From Bigelowiella natans CCMP2755 (taxonomy: Eukaryota > Protista > Cercozoa): a DNA stretch of 64,000 bases. The stretch is taken from positions 137,947 to 201,946 of the forward strand of contig ADNK01000862.1 of NCBI GenBank assembly GCA_000320545.1, in the 5' to 3' direction. Below are positions 11,942 to 24,000 of the stretch, piece after piece. The position numbers and the translations under genes were made by a program. How positions within the stretch are numbered: position 1 is the stretch's first letter; each line of letters opens with the position of its first letter. The notes below the pieces were generated by a model that was not told where the DNA came from, did no database searches, and saw nothing but the letters and a program-made list of their open reading frames with translations.

Positions 11942-12430
11942 ATGCTTAGTACACAGGGACTCCCAGTACACAGGGACTCCCAAACTTCAGAGATGAAGTG
12001 AGGGGTGGATTTAGTGAGTTATTAAAGTTAATTAAAACTTACCTAGGAAAATGTTGAAGAAGTGGATAGTGACACCGCTAACAGCTTGCTTGGTCGTGTC
12101 GAACACGAAGGATCGGATATCCCTAGAGTATTGTACAGATTATTAGATACATAATATGAAATGTAGATGTGCGTGCATGTGAGTGCATGTGTGTATGTGG
12201 GTGTGTGTGAAGGTTATAAGAATCCTTCATCCTGAGCGTACCTCTCTGTATTTTCGAATTTAAACTTGATCCATAGAGTAGCAAATGCTGAAAAGCCCAA
12301 GATTCCTTGAATCTAGAATTTTGTAAAAATTGGTCATTACATTAGCCCCAGTGTACACCGCAGAAATTCAGTTTTTGATATAATCACTTATCTCACCAAG
12401 TAGTCAAAGGCAGAGGAAAGAAGCCGACAT
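11129..12430 (-). CDS. STIMATE/TMEM110-family multi-pass membrane protein; multi-exon, 5' exons possibly extending to ~12842
   Basis: Exon peptides CRLLSSAFDYL, IQGILGFSAFATLWIKF, FVFDTTKQAVSGVTIHFFNIFL, DECDVYFVNFCVDIFFGV, CGHYGEP, KLVMIMIVAPFLCNVMFFWVVDQLI; both ends approximate. Confidence 0.78.
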
Positions 12431-14158
12431 CTGATATTTTAGAAGAGTTGGAATTAGCCACAACAAACGCAGGTAACTTTATAAGACATTATTCAATTTC
12501 AAAATTTTATCCTAACCTTGCTGGCTCAACTCCTCTTTCATTCATAACCGATTCAGGACTGGAGAAGACTCCGCTCGGTGAACTTCCTTCAAGAGTATTG
12601 AGCACCTCATGCTCGATGTTTTGCAATCCCCCCACCTTTGAATATACAATCATTTTTTCGGGTGAAATATTGAGGAGGCTTTTATATTGCGCCTCATTGT
12701 GGAGCAAATGTGGTCCGCTTCACAGGTTCTACTATTTCTAAAAAATACTTGAACATTACCAGCGGCATCGACATCGCTAAGATGGTAGCAAACAGCACGG
12801 GAAGGCCCGGCTTACATAATTTCCCAACTTTAAGTTGCAGCATCCCTGCTTCGTCCGTCTGTTTTCTTCCCTCGTGCTGTGGTCAGGGAGATGGGGGCTA
12901 GATGGACCTTACCAACACGATTTAAGACTAGGTTGTGTAGCTTGCTGAATGAAACTTACCGTATTTTAGATGTATTACTGAAAAACCCATTCCTTATTAC
13001 CTTGCGACAACATCTATCTTCTAAATATGAGAAATGATAACTGGGATACTTCGGTATGAAGGAATATCGTTAATGGTTGGAATTTTCGCAAAGCTTTTGT
13101 AGGTCAAGTGTTGTGATCTTGCTTATTGTAAATAGAAGATTGCAAATCTTAGATATTTATGCGATAAATATTTACCTCGCATCAATCAAGAAAAGCGGTG
13201 TGAAATCCTCTCAAAACAAAATTCGAGTGCCATTTCATCAGATATTCGCACTTATTTGGCTGAGTTAGATCTTTACCGTAACGTGATCCAAGATGAAAAA
13301 GGCGACAACCATGTCTAAATATTTATGCGAAAAAAATGGAAAATCACGCATATTATTCTATAATCTTTCTTTTGAAATGAAATATTGTAAGAAATGACAA
13401 GTAGAAAGCCCGCGCTGTTGTGAAATTACGTCTTAGGCTTAAGCAATTTTCAAATAATGGGATTTTGTTCCAGAATTCAATGATATTACCCTTATCTTAC
13501 ATAAAACCTACTACATTTGTCATTGTCATTTGAACACCAACTTCGCAAGAAATGTGCCAAATGAACAGCCTTGGTAGATCTAGTTCAATTAATTCAGGTA
13601 AAATCAGTATAAATGAACAAGATGAACACCACAATGTCCATTTCTGTGAAAACAAAACTCATCGAAATCCATTTCATGCCAAATCAGTGACAATCTCTCC
13701 AAGCACGCACACTCATACAATTAATCTCATTGAGACATAACAAAGAGGATGTCGTTATATAAAAATTAAGGGTAGATAATCCTATCATATTATTTATTGT
13801 CGTAGGACGTGATACCCCTCACATTATTATTATTTTAGGTTGTTTAAAATGGGCAAAATTGGGATGCGGCTCGAAGTAACTCTGGAGATCTCTGGGATCT
13901 CAAAGGTTGGGGTGTTGTTTCTGTTGTTTTTTCACACGGTTCGGAATGGCGGTCTACACGTGGAGTGAGAAACGCCAGTAACGCACACGAGCCATTCCAA
14001 GAGTAGGAGCTAAGACCTGAATAGGGGCTTGTGCAACATGGCCAGCGAGCAGTATATTGAAAAACAGGTAGTCGACCGAAATTGAGAGCTACAATTCGTG
14101 GATCGAACATAGTCAGAATAGGAGTTAGGGGGAATTAAGATTGGTGGATAAATTTTAG

Positions 14159-17100
14159 GTTGGGATCTTCCAAGAAGGGTTGGACCAAATCCTGAGCTCG
14201 TACGACCGAGCTAGAAAGAATCCGAAAACATGCTCAGGTAAAGAACTGGCATCACCGACTAATTCCATGTAGCCCATTGGCCATCATCTAGAAGACAAAC
14301 TAAGTGTTTCTTTTTGTTACATTAGTTGGATTCGGAATCCAGAGCTCGAACGCAGCAATCAACATACGACGAAGACTGAAAGTATGGCTGAAGAAAAATA
14401 CATATGATCTTGACAAAAAAATCAAGGGTGGGCCTTATGAAGCAGCAATGCGTTTCGCAGCTGAGAGACTGTACAGGTGAGAGCTGAGATGATGCAGTTG
14501 GCTGCACACTGGATTTATGAGATTTATTTTTCGTTGATTCCGTTAGATTGAGGGCTTACAGCGAAGCAAGGCAATGCTATGGGATGATACTGAGGAGCTT
14601 CTTATCTGTATGAAACTTAATCTATATCGTTTCACAAGACCTCTACACCCTGCCCCTTCATATATTCATGAAAATCATAATTCGATCATGTTTCATGCTC
14701 GCATTCCCATGTAAGAATATAAATTGATTATGTACACTTGTAGCGCACTGACGACTTCAGCGTCGTTTCCACCCTGGATATCGTCCGGTCAATAGAGGCG
14801 AAAATTGCAGAGGAGAAGAAGAGCAAGGGACAGCTTCAGGACCTTAAGTATTTCCTCTAACAATCATAATGCAATTCACAATTTTCTTTTATTAAGAAAA
14901 TCTTGCTCCAAACAAAATATAATAGAAAATTATCGGGGGCGCTGTTCATGAGGGCAATGTCTGCGTTCTACGACACGATTTCGGAAGACCCAAACCTGTT
15001 GGAGCAGAGAAACTTCGATGCTGTTATGGGTAAGTGCTATATATAACCGTTTGTTAATCTTCTATTCCCTTATCCCAGTGATTTTTTATTTTAGCATGCC
15101 TTGAAGCTATAAGACACACCATACAGCTAATTCTCAATGTGGGTGATGAAGAACACTGTCATCTGCTCTACAATGGGAGCTGCCATATGTTCGAACTTGT
15201 GAATGCAATGACGCCCTTCAGTCGTCCACTGAAGATCGTTGAGTTTCTCACCTTTAGCGTGATAAGCATAGAGACCAGTGTTCCCCTTCTCACCGCGAGG
15301 TACGTGCCCTGGCGCACTCGACTCTACATCGCTATCGCCAAGCTATACCATCAAGCCGGGAAAATTCAAGCCGCACTAAATACGATTACATCCGAGAAGT
15401 ATGGAGGATTGCCCAAGGTGCTGAATCTGAAATCTCTAGAGAACATCGACGGTAATATCCCAATACAGAAGGCCTACACAATAGACATGTGCCAGCGTGC
15501 GCTCGAGAGCGAGAAGTTTAAGTACACTGCCCTGCTCGAGGCACCGGACAAAGATAAGATAAAAACGATGATCACTGGGTTCTGCAAGACGGAGCAGCAT
15601 GCGATATATACCCTCGCACAGACGTGTGTTGATCCACGCAGGAAGATTGTCCTTAATAAATTTGCTGGGTTCGGAAAACATCCGAGCTTTGACCAGGCGA
15701 ATCCATATGAAGACGAGCAAACGGCCCTGACAAGGCTTGTCGATGCCGCTTTCGAGCGCGCCATGCCGTTCCTCAAAAAGCTCGCTTCCTACTTGCTGCC
15801 TGACTATAAAACAGGGGACGATGAGGACGAAGGCGCACCCAAGATGAAAATAACTCACTACGAAGCCCAAAAGTTTGAGCGCAACGTACCACTTACCACG
15901 CACATGAGTCTGGTCCGCAGCGCCTTTTCTGTACGAGCATGGGCACAATTTAAGGAGTTGGTCGAGATTGCATTGATCCGTCTGGATCAGCACGAATATC
16001 TGAGCAGCCTCGTCATTCAGAAGATCCTGCCCATCGAACAAGTAACAGCGGAGGATATTGCCGCGTGGCAATACGAGTGCCACATGCTCCAAAGTCTTGC
16101 ACCCATGTGCGACTGTAAGGTGGATGAGGAGAGCGCGCTCAAACTTATTGAAAGTATGAACGCAGCACTCAAGGGGAATGTGGCGCTCCAGCGTCACGGT
16201 GAGATATACGAAGACACTGCGTACTTTCTCTGGACCCTACCAGTGAAAGTATGGATCCGACAGCTCAACAAGCTCGAACTTGCATTAAATTCCAAAGAGA
16301 CTCCAGCGAACGAGGTTGGCGGCTTGAGAGAGAAATGGAGCAGTAAACGCGATCTCTTGGTCAAGTCCTTGATGGCTATGCATGAGACTTTCCATCGCCT
16401 CGACTATGCAGACGCTCTGGCTCGCTGCGGCGTCGCTTTGGAGGTGGTGGAGCTCCTGCAGCTCTGCAAGAACGTCAAAGGGCGCAGACGGGCGCAGCGC
16501 GTCTGCGAGGAAACTCTGCATTTTATTCAGAAGAAAAGTAGTGCCGACGTAATCCGACTGACAAAAATTGATGGGTTTGGCCTTGTAAAGTGCATCAGAT
16601 CAGACTTTGATATGCGAGTGAGAATCCCTCCATTCCACCCCCTGCTCCCGAGAACCCAGGCGAGTCGTGTTCAGCGCGACCTTCCCGTGCCGACCTCACG
16701 AGCAGCCAACATGCTAGCTTCGTATCACACTTCGCTACTTTTTAAATACTTCAAGCTCACACTGGCAGTTGGATTCGATAGGGCAACGAAGAAAGCCAGG
16801 ACAGAGTAAGATTTCTCTTCTGTTTTGAGCCAGATATTCATGATGATAGTAGTAGTTTCGTAGTAGCTATTTGAGGCTTTCATAAGATATTCTACTGTCT
16901 CTCGTTCTCTCTCTCGCTCTCTCCTTTGTAACTTGTAACTATTCTCTCCAAATATCCAATCCTTATTCATGTACCATTGGTCCTTGTTCGTCCTAGGTAC
17001 AAGACATTAGTTGACGAGCAGACCTACATGGCACCATTCAAATCGACCTTCCATCCGATGACTGCGCAGCTGAAGCTTCCGGAGACATCAAAGAGCATCG

Positions 17101-20100
17101 AGAACCATCTCATTAAGCTCTGTGGCACAAATAGCACCTGGAAGGCGCTACTGTTTATCCAGATTGCATCATTCCGCCGCGAATGTCACGAGCAGCATGA
17201 GCTCCTGCTAAAGGCCTCTCAGTGCCTTCGTGCCGCTGAGGAGGAGGAGCGACATATGCTCACGCGCGTGGGTATATCATTGGTAGATACAAGAGAAACT
17301 CCGACATTCGCCCAGCAGTTTCTGCTTAAACGGCCCACGCCTCCGAGACATGCTGAAGTAGAAATTGAGAAGATTGTGCATTCATCAGAAGGAGATGAGG
17401 CAGGCAAGGGAGACGAATACGACAGAAAGTCGTCGTCGAAGATTCTTCCGGCGCCATTGCTGGTGACACGGAGTTTGTACAGCGTTGTCCTACGGCCTAT
17501 CATTCCGCAGTGGTACATCAACCGGTTTCGTCTTCGCGGGTTCATCGTGTATGGTAAAGAAGCGAGCACGGGGACCAACGTTTCTCAAATCGACTGCGAG
17601 CTCCTTGGGACTGGAGTCGAGCACCAGCTGCCGCCCAAAGGTGCCAACATGGTAGATGTGGAAGTATCATGCCTGGATATCAACACCCCTTACTCATTCG
17701 CCGTGGTTGGGGTGAACAAAGACGGCGAGATCGTGGCGGACCGTGGGGCCATCGGAGCGACATCCAAGCCAATCCAAACTGCCCTTCCCGTACCGCTGCA
17801 TACGTGCTGGGGGTTTCTAGCGGTCGCGGCGGCCAAGGCGAACTACCCAGCGGTAGCGGGATTTCTGGATAAAGCTCTTCATCGCTTCGCCCGCGGACGG
17901 TGCCAGGTTGAATGCATACCGACCGCTTGGAAGGACCGCCTGCACTTCCAAATGCTGGATTCTCGGGCCATTTACCTCGCTCCAGAGCCCAACCTGCACC
18001 TTCTGGTGAAGCTGCTGCTGTTGCGCTCTGACACATACGATTCCAAAGTGCCCTCCCTCAAGAGCGGTAAATATGTGTCGCCTATCGGACACGTCGAGGG
18101 CCACGTGCTTAGACAGGCCCGCCCCCTCCTTCTGGCGCTCCAGGTGGCCATGGTCGCCCGAGACGAGGAAGTCGCGAGTAGTATCATCGAGCGCATCTAC
18201 AACCATATCGTGCAGATATTACCGGATTGCGAGCGATCGGGGTTGGGCCAAGCCACCCTTCAGGTCCTCATTCCATGTTATATCGGCGCTTCCTTGATCC
18301 GCGAGAAGATGGCACCGAGAGATTGGACAGAGTCCTTCAACGCCGCTACAGCACGTGTGCTGTTCGAGCTTACCAAGCTTTATCGAGGACTCGGCGAGTC
18401 GTCATCCCAAGGGGATAAGGATAGTAATATTATGACCCGTTTCATCAAACGCCATCTCTCGCACCTACAGAGGGCCTCTATCGAGGATGAGAAGGAAGCG
18501 GCGGCTGCCAAGGAGAAGGCTGCAAAGCTCCAAGAGGACTTTAAGAAGCGCCGAGCAGAGGCACTTGAGGAAGCCAAGCAGGAAATTGAAGCTATCCAAA
18601 AGGAGCGAGAAGAAGAGAAGAAGAAGCGGGAGGAGGCAGGGGGAGGCAAGAACGATGAAGAAGAGCATGAGGACGACGATATGCTTACAGCGGAGGAAAT
18701 TGCCGCACAGCGCGTACCGGACGTTGATATATCCTTCGACCCAGACCGCCGCAGCTGCTATCGGTGCATATCTGAAGACAGGGCGCTTGCCATCTTCCTC
18801 ATTCTCCTTGACAATGAAGCACTCAGCAAGGAAGGTAGCGAGCTCTGCAAGGTCAGTTGGGCCTCATGGTTGCGATTTAGCAAGAATACCCTGCGTGCCG
18901 CAGGCTTCGACGAGAGACTTGAGGGTTGGAAAATGAAGAAAAACGAGGGAGAAGATGACTTTGAGGCCCAGATATTCGAAGCGATGCAGAAGGCAACTAG
19001 AACTGGCGGTGGGAAAGAGGGTACCCTGGACGATGTACACGCCAAATTGTCACAGAAGAAGGAACATGTGCAATACCCCATGCTCCTTGCGAGGCTCTGC
19101 AGCACCCTGCTTCTCACTTCCACCGATTCAGTGGAAGGGGACGCTGCCTCCTCAACCTACTCCAAGGCTTTAGGATGGCTCCAAGGGCAGAACGGTGGTG
19201 ATAGTAATGTACCCCCCCTCCAGCTTCAAAACCCTTCTCTGCGCTACGATGCACTTGCTGCGGTTCACGAGCAGATAAAACGTGTCGTAGCAGAGCATGG
19301 GCCATGCACACCCACTGTAGCGATTGATACGGGAGTGAGCTCGTCGGACTGGATGCACAACTTCGTGGTTACCGGGCGCGTAAAGCCGACCTTCGACCCA
19401 GCCGGTATCGTGCACAAGTGCGGACCAAGCTCCGACGACCCCAATGGTGGAGGCTTCTTGCTGGTGTTTCGCAAAGGCCACCTCTGCTTCAGGTTCGCAG
19501 GGCAGCCATGGATCAAGGGACCAGCCATGAACATGGGGGAATGGAACAATTTCTCCTGCGAGTACAACCGAACCCACCTCACGCTCACGTGCAATGCGAC
19601 CTCAAGCAAGGCTGAGGCTGGCCTGATCGCCTTCAACACCGTGCAGCTCCGCTTCGCCTTGGGAGACTTTGGAAAGCATTTTCGCGGTGAGATTCATGGA
19701 ATCAAACTCGTCCGCGGCGAGACGATGGCTCATCAGCAGACAGCAACAGCCGATGTCGAGGAGAAAGAAAAAGAGGAGGAAAAGAAAGATGGAGAGGAAA
19801 GCAAAGACAACGCAGAGAAGACAACGCAGAAACTGACAGCATACCAACTACTGTGGTTGAGTGAAATCGAGCGCCTTAAAGCCATTTGCTCACAGGAGAA
19901 GCTTATTCGCCTTCGCTGCACCAACCGGCAAGCTCTTTGGGAGATCGTAAAGGCTAGTGGAGACTCGACGGCAGCGGTAGATGAAGGCGACAAGAAGAAG
20001 GGAGGAAGCGATGGAAAAAGTGAGGGCTCAAACGAGGAGATCCCGTCCAAAGGGCAGATTCTTAGCACTCTCGTCTACGGGTGTGTTGGCATCGACGAGC

Positions 20101-20946
20101 ACGTGGACTGGGGCGCTCTTGAGTCCGATGACCTTGGCGTAGAGTGGCGTAAGATGACCGATTTCGCTGCCTCCCACTCCCTCGCTCCACAGCGAGCGAA
20201 GAAAGAGAATAAAGATGGGGAAGGTGACCAGGATGCAGAGGGAAAAGGAGAAGAGAAGAAGACTGAGGAAGAGAAAAACGATGGAGATGGAGAAACGGCA
20301 GAAATGAAACAAGAAGACCCCGTCTCCAAAGCTGCAGCGATGAAGGAGCTTCTTCGCAAGAAGTTCAAACCGATGCATGTGGCGGAGGTCCTTGTGGCGA
20401 TTGATATCTGGCGGAGCGCCTCCGTAGCCTGTATGGCTGCCAGCTCAGCACGTGCGTGGATTCAGCTACAGAATACGGTGCGTGTATTCTGGAACTCTAT
20501 ATCATCTATGCGAGCCAGACCCTACCGCGTGGCACAGCTTTCAAGGATAGAGGGTGCTCTCCGTCAGCAGGGGGGAAAGAAAGGAGATGAAAATGCTAAG
20601 AGCAATCATGCTGCGCCTGTTGTAGAGCACTTGCGAAGGATGGGCGAGGCAATCCTCGAAATGCTGGCTAGACTGTCGGCTGCAGCCGAAGAGGAGGAGA
20701 AGGAGGAGGAGATGGAAGGGGGGGAAGAAAGGAAGAAGCATGACAATCAAAACTCCCCCTCCACGTCATCAACCTGTTACCCTTCTATTGTTGTGCAAAA
20801 TAGTCCAGAGTTCGCATCCGCCAGAGCCCGAGAGCTGGGGCCGTATCCGAGCGTTAATAATTCTGAGGAGAAGTTGCTCGGCAATAAGTGCAAGGTACTT
20901 GACTGCGTTTACTGGCACTTTCTTCCCTCACACTCTGTAGCAAAAC

Positions 20947-21007
<61 letters not shown>

Positions 21008-24000
21008 ACTTGAGTCACACGATGGCTCTGTTTATTTTGCGTAATCACCGTTGTTGTCGTTGTCGTCGTCGTCATCCTGTCTCTCAGATGTGGAAAGATG
21101 AGTGGCGACTCGCACAGCCAGGGCATGGAGAGCTTCAACTCAATGTTCTTCCTGATGGCGCTAGCAGTGATGGCGGCGAAGAGGGGGGAAAGGAGAAGCA
21201 ACAGCTCCCTTTTGTATGCCTAGGGATAAGTGGCGCCAAGTCTATAGGATCGAATTCATATATCATTGAGATATCGGGTGGCTCCTGCAGGCTGCTACGT
21301 CAGTCCGTAGGTTACACTCCCCAGGAACGCGTAGTACTCAAGGAAGTTGGGTACGGCGGCGATGACGACATCGATCTCAAAAGCGGAGGCACCGGCGGTC
21401 TCTTCTCCATCCGTGTCGACTCTGAGCGAGTTGTAGTTTCAGTGAGAAAGAGGAGTAGTTCTTCCTCTTCTGCTGCATCGCAATCATCGTCATCGTCGAC
21501 ATCGTCCGATGGGAGCAGTGGCTATCGCGAGTTGCTGACTTACACAAGCGCAGAGATCAAGGGAAAGCGGCTAACTTTCTTCTCCCTAGGCGGCAATGCG
21601 GTCGTCTACAAGCAAATTACCATGCTTCCCTCCACAGATCCTCTGCAAGTCGTTCCTTCGCATCCGAGGAAGCTGGAAGATTATCGGGTTGAACAGATAT
21701 CTCTCAATAATCATCTCGTTACCGTGGAGGACTCAGCTGCTGTTCACTGGTTGCTAGAATGATTACTGATCCAATTGAGAATCGGAATGTTGATCTTTAC
21801 ATTTAGTGTCAATTGTAAACATCGCCCACAAATCAACATCATCGTCATCGTCATCACCATCATCATCATCATCATCATCATCAATATCATCATTATCATT
21901 ATCATCATTATCATCAACTCTAGATGTAGTAATGAACATTTTCACCATATAGGTACACCAGCCATCCAACTCTGAGCCCGCAGCTGGAATGGATATCCAA
22001 TGTAATCCTCTTCATTCTGGAGGTGCTGTTCCATGACGAGAGGTGGGAGCAGCTCGTTGAGCTAGGGTTGGCGTTCAACCACCTTACTGAGAATATTGAA
22101 GAACGTCGAGTGACCAAGCTGCTCGTCTTTGCGCAAAGAGAGCTCATGACACGAGCGACCGCGAAGCGGGATGAGTCGGCTTTCGAGCTGAAAGAGCTAA
22201 CCGACAACATGGAGTCAAAAGAGAAGGCAATTCTGAAGAGGAAGCAGCAGCTTCGATCGCAGCGAGGGAAGAAAGAGCAGGACCGCCTTCTTGCTGAAGA
22301 ACGCGCTGCCTTCGAGGCTAAACGCGCCGTCATCGTACCTGAGCTTGAGGCTCGAACGATCGTTTCCCGGCACGCTCAGGATACCTACCAGCAGTTCATC
22401 AATGAGGCAACAGTGATTGAGCGCGAGATGCGGAAGTTCCTTCTCGTGCTCGAGAAGGCGCGCTATTATCTTACGCAACACAGCACGCACAACATTGACC
22501 AAGCAGCGACGGCTATCGAAGGTTTCGGCGTTGCCACTATTATATCCGGCTCTGAGGGAGCAGGAGAAGAGAAAAGCGGCGGCAGCGTGGTCAGTGGGGC
22601 GACGCGGCCGGTAACAAAGGCCTCAACCATGACAGGGTGAGTGAGGAATGATTAGTCCCTCTTTTTTGCATCTCTATCCCTCCTGTTCTCTGCCATACAT
22701 GCTCATGAATGTTCACGCGTATATACTCACACACGTATGCTACTCAGGACTCGGCCTTCATCTGCTGCCTTGGTATCGAGCGCGCGTGTCGCTCGGACGT
22801 ACAAGCAGAGCATTCAACAGCTCCGCCAGAAGCGTGAGAGCGTGCTTATGTCACGTGCGCTCCTTGAGCTTGGCTCATTCTTCTTCAGCAAAAATGAGAT
22901 CGATTCCGCAAGCCAGCAGTGGAAAGCTGGTGTAGACTGCATCTTCCTCACGCTCGATGCAGCTTCTGTGAGGCGCAAGATCATGTACTCCTCTCCATCG
23001 TCCCTGATACCCGAGTTCGCATCGCATACCAGCAACACCGCCACCCAGACGCTCCCCATCTATCCGTTATATCTTGCTTTAGCAGGCCTCAGGCCGGAGG
23101 ATGTTTTCGACAACGATGATGACAACGACTACTTCTTCTACCAGGACAGAGGCGGGACGCCTGAGGGAGGTAACAAGAAAGCTGATCAGGGACTTGTGGA
23201 GCGCTTTGGCTTCTGGAATTGCGTCACAGGAATGATGCTCCTTGCTACGGCGGCCAGCCATACGTGCGCAGAAAACGTGCAACAGCGCCTCGATAACGTA
23301 CTATTCGGTGCCGCTCTGGGCGCCAGCCTCTTCGCCGGGTCACTGCAGCATCCAGTGCGATTGTGTGACTTCAAGGCACACAGCCAGCCGCTGGATCTCT
23401 GGCCTGGTTTTGGCCCACATCTATTCGCAGACGAATCACGACTCCGCGTTGGCCAGTTGATGGACACGTGCCGATTTCTTGCCGACGAGCTGGTGCGGGT
23501 GACGCTGCCTATCCGCGCATTGCCCATACTAAGTCTGTACTCCTACCTCTCATCCAGCATCTGCCGCAGCCTCATGGACCATCTCATCTCGCGTGTTCTC
23601 CGTTGCGAAGCACTCGTGGATGCCGGATTTCTCTCTGAAGTCTTTACAGAGTATACTGCTATCATACGGGGCGCCAATCTTCCGACCACCCTCCCGTTCC
23701 CAGGCGGCGGGGGGTTCTCTGTCCGAGAGATGCTGCTAGGAGAAGGGGCAGCAGAAGAAGGTCAGAAACAGCAGCAGCATAAGTACTGTGATGATCTAAG
23801 CCCAGGAGAGAATAAGGCAGCAGTTGACTGGCTCCTTGGGGGCGGCGACGAGAGCGGTGGTGCCGAACCTTCAGCAAAGATAAAAAAACTGTATGGGTCA
23901 CTTCTTGTAAACCGTGTGCGTGCGGTGCGAGCTAAAATGCTTGCCAAGATTGCTCACAATATAAATACACTCCGGCGCTATGAGGCAGGCGATGTCGCCA

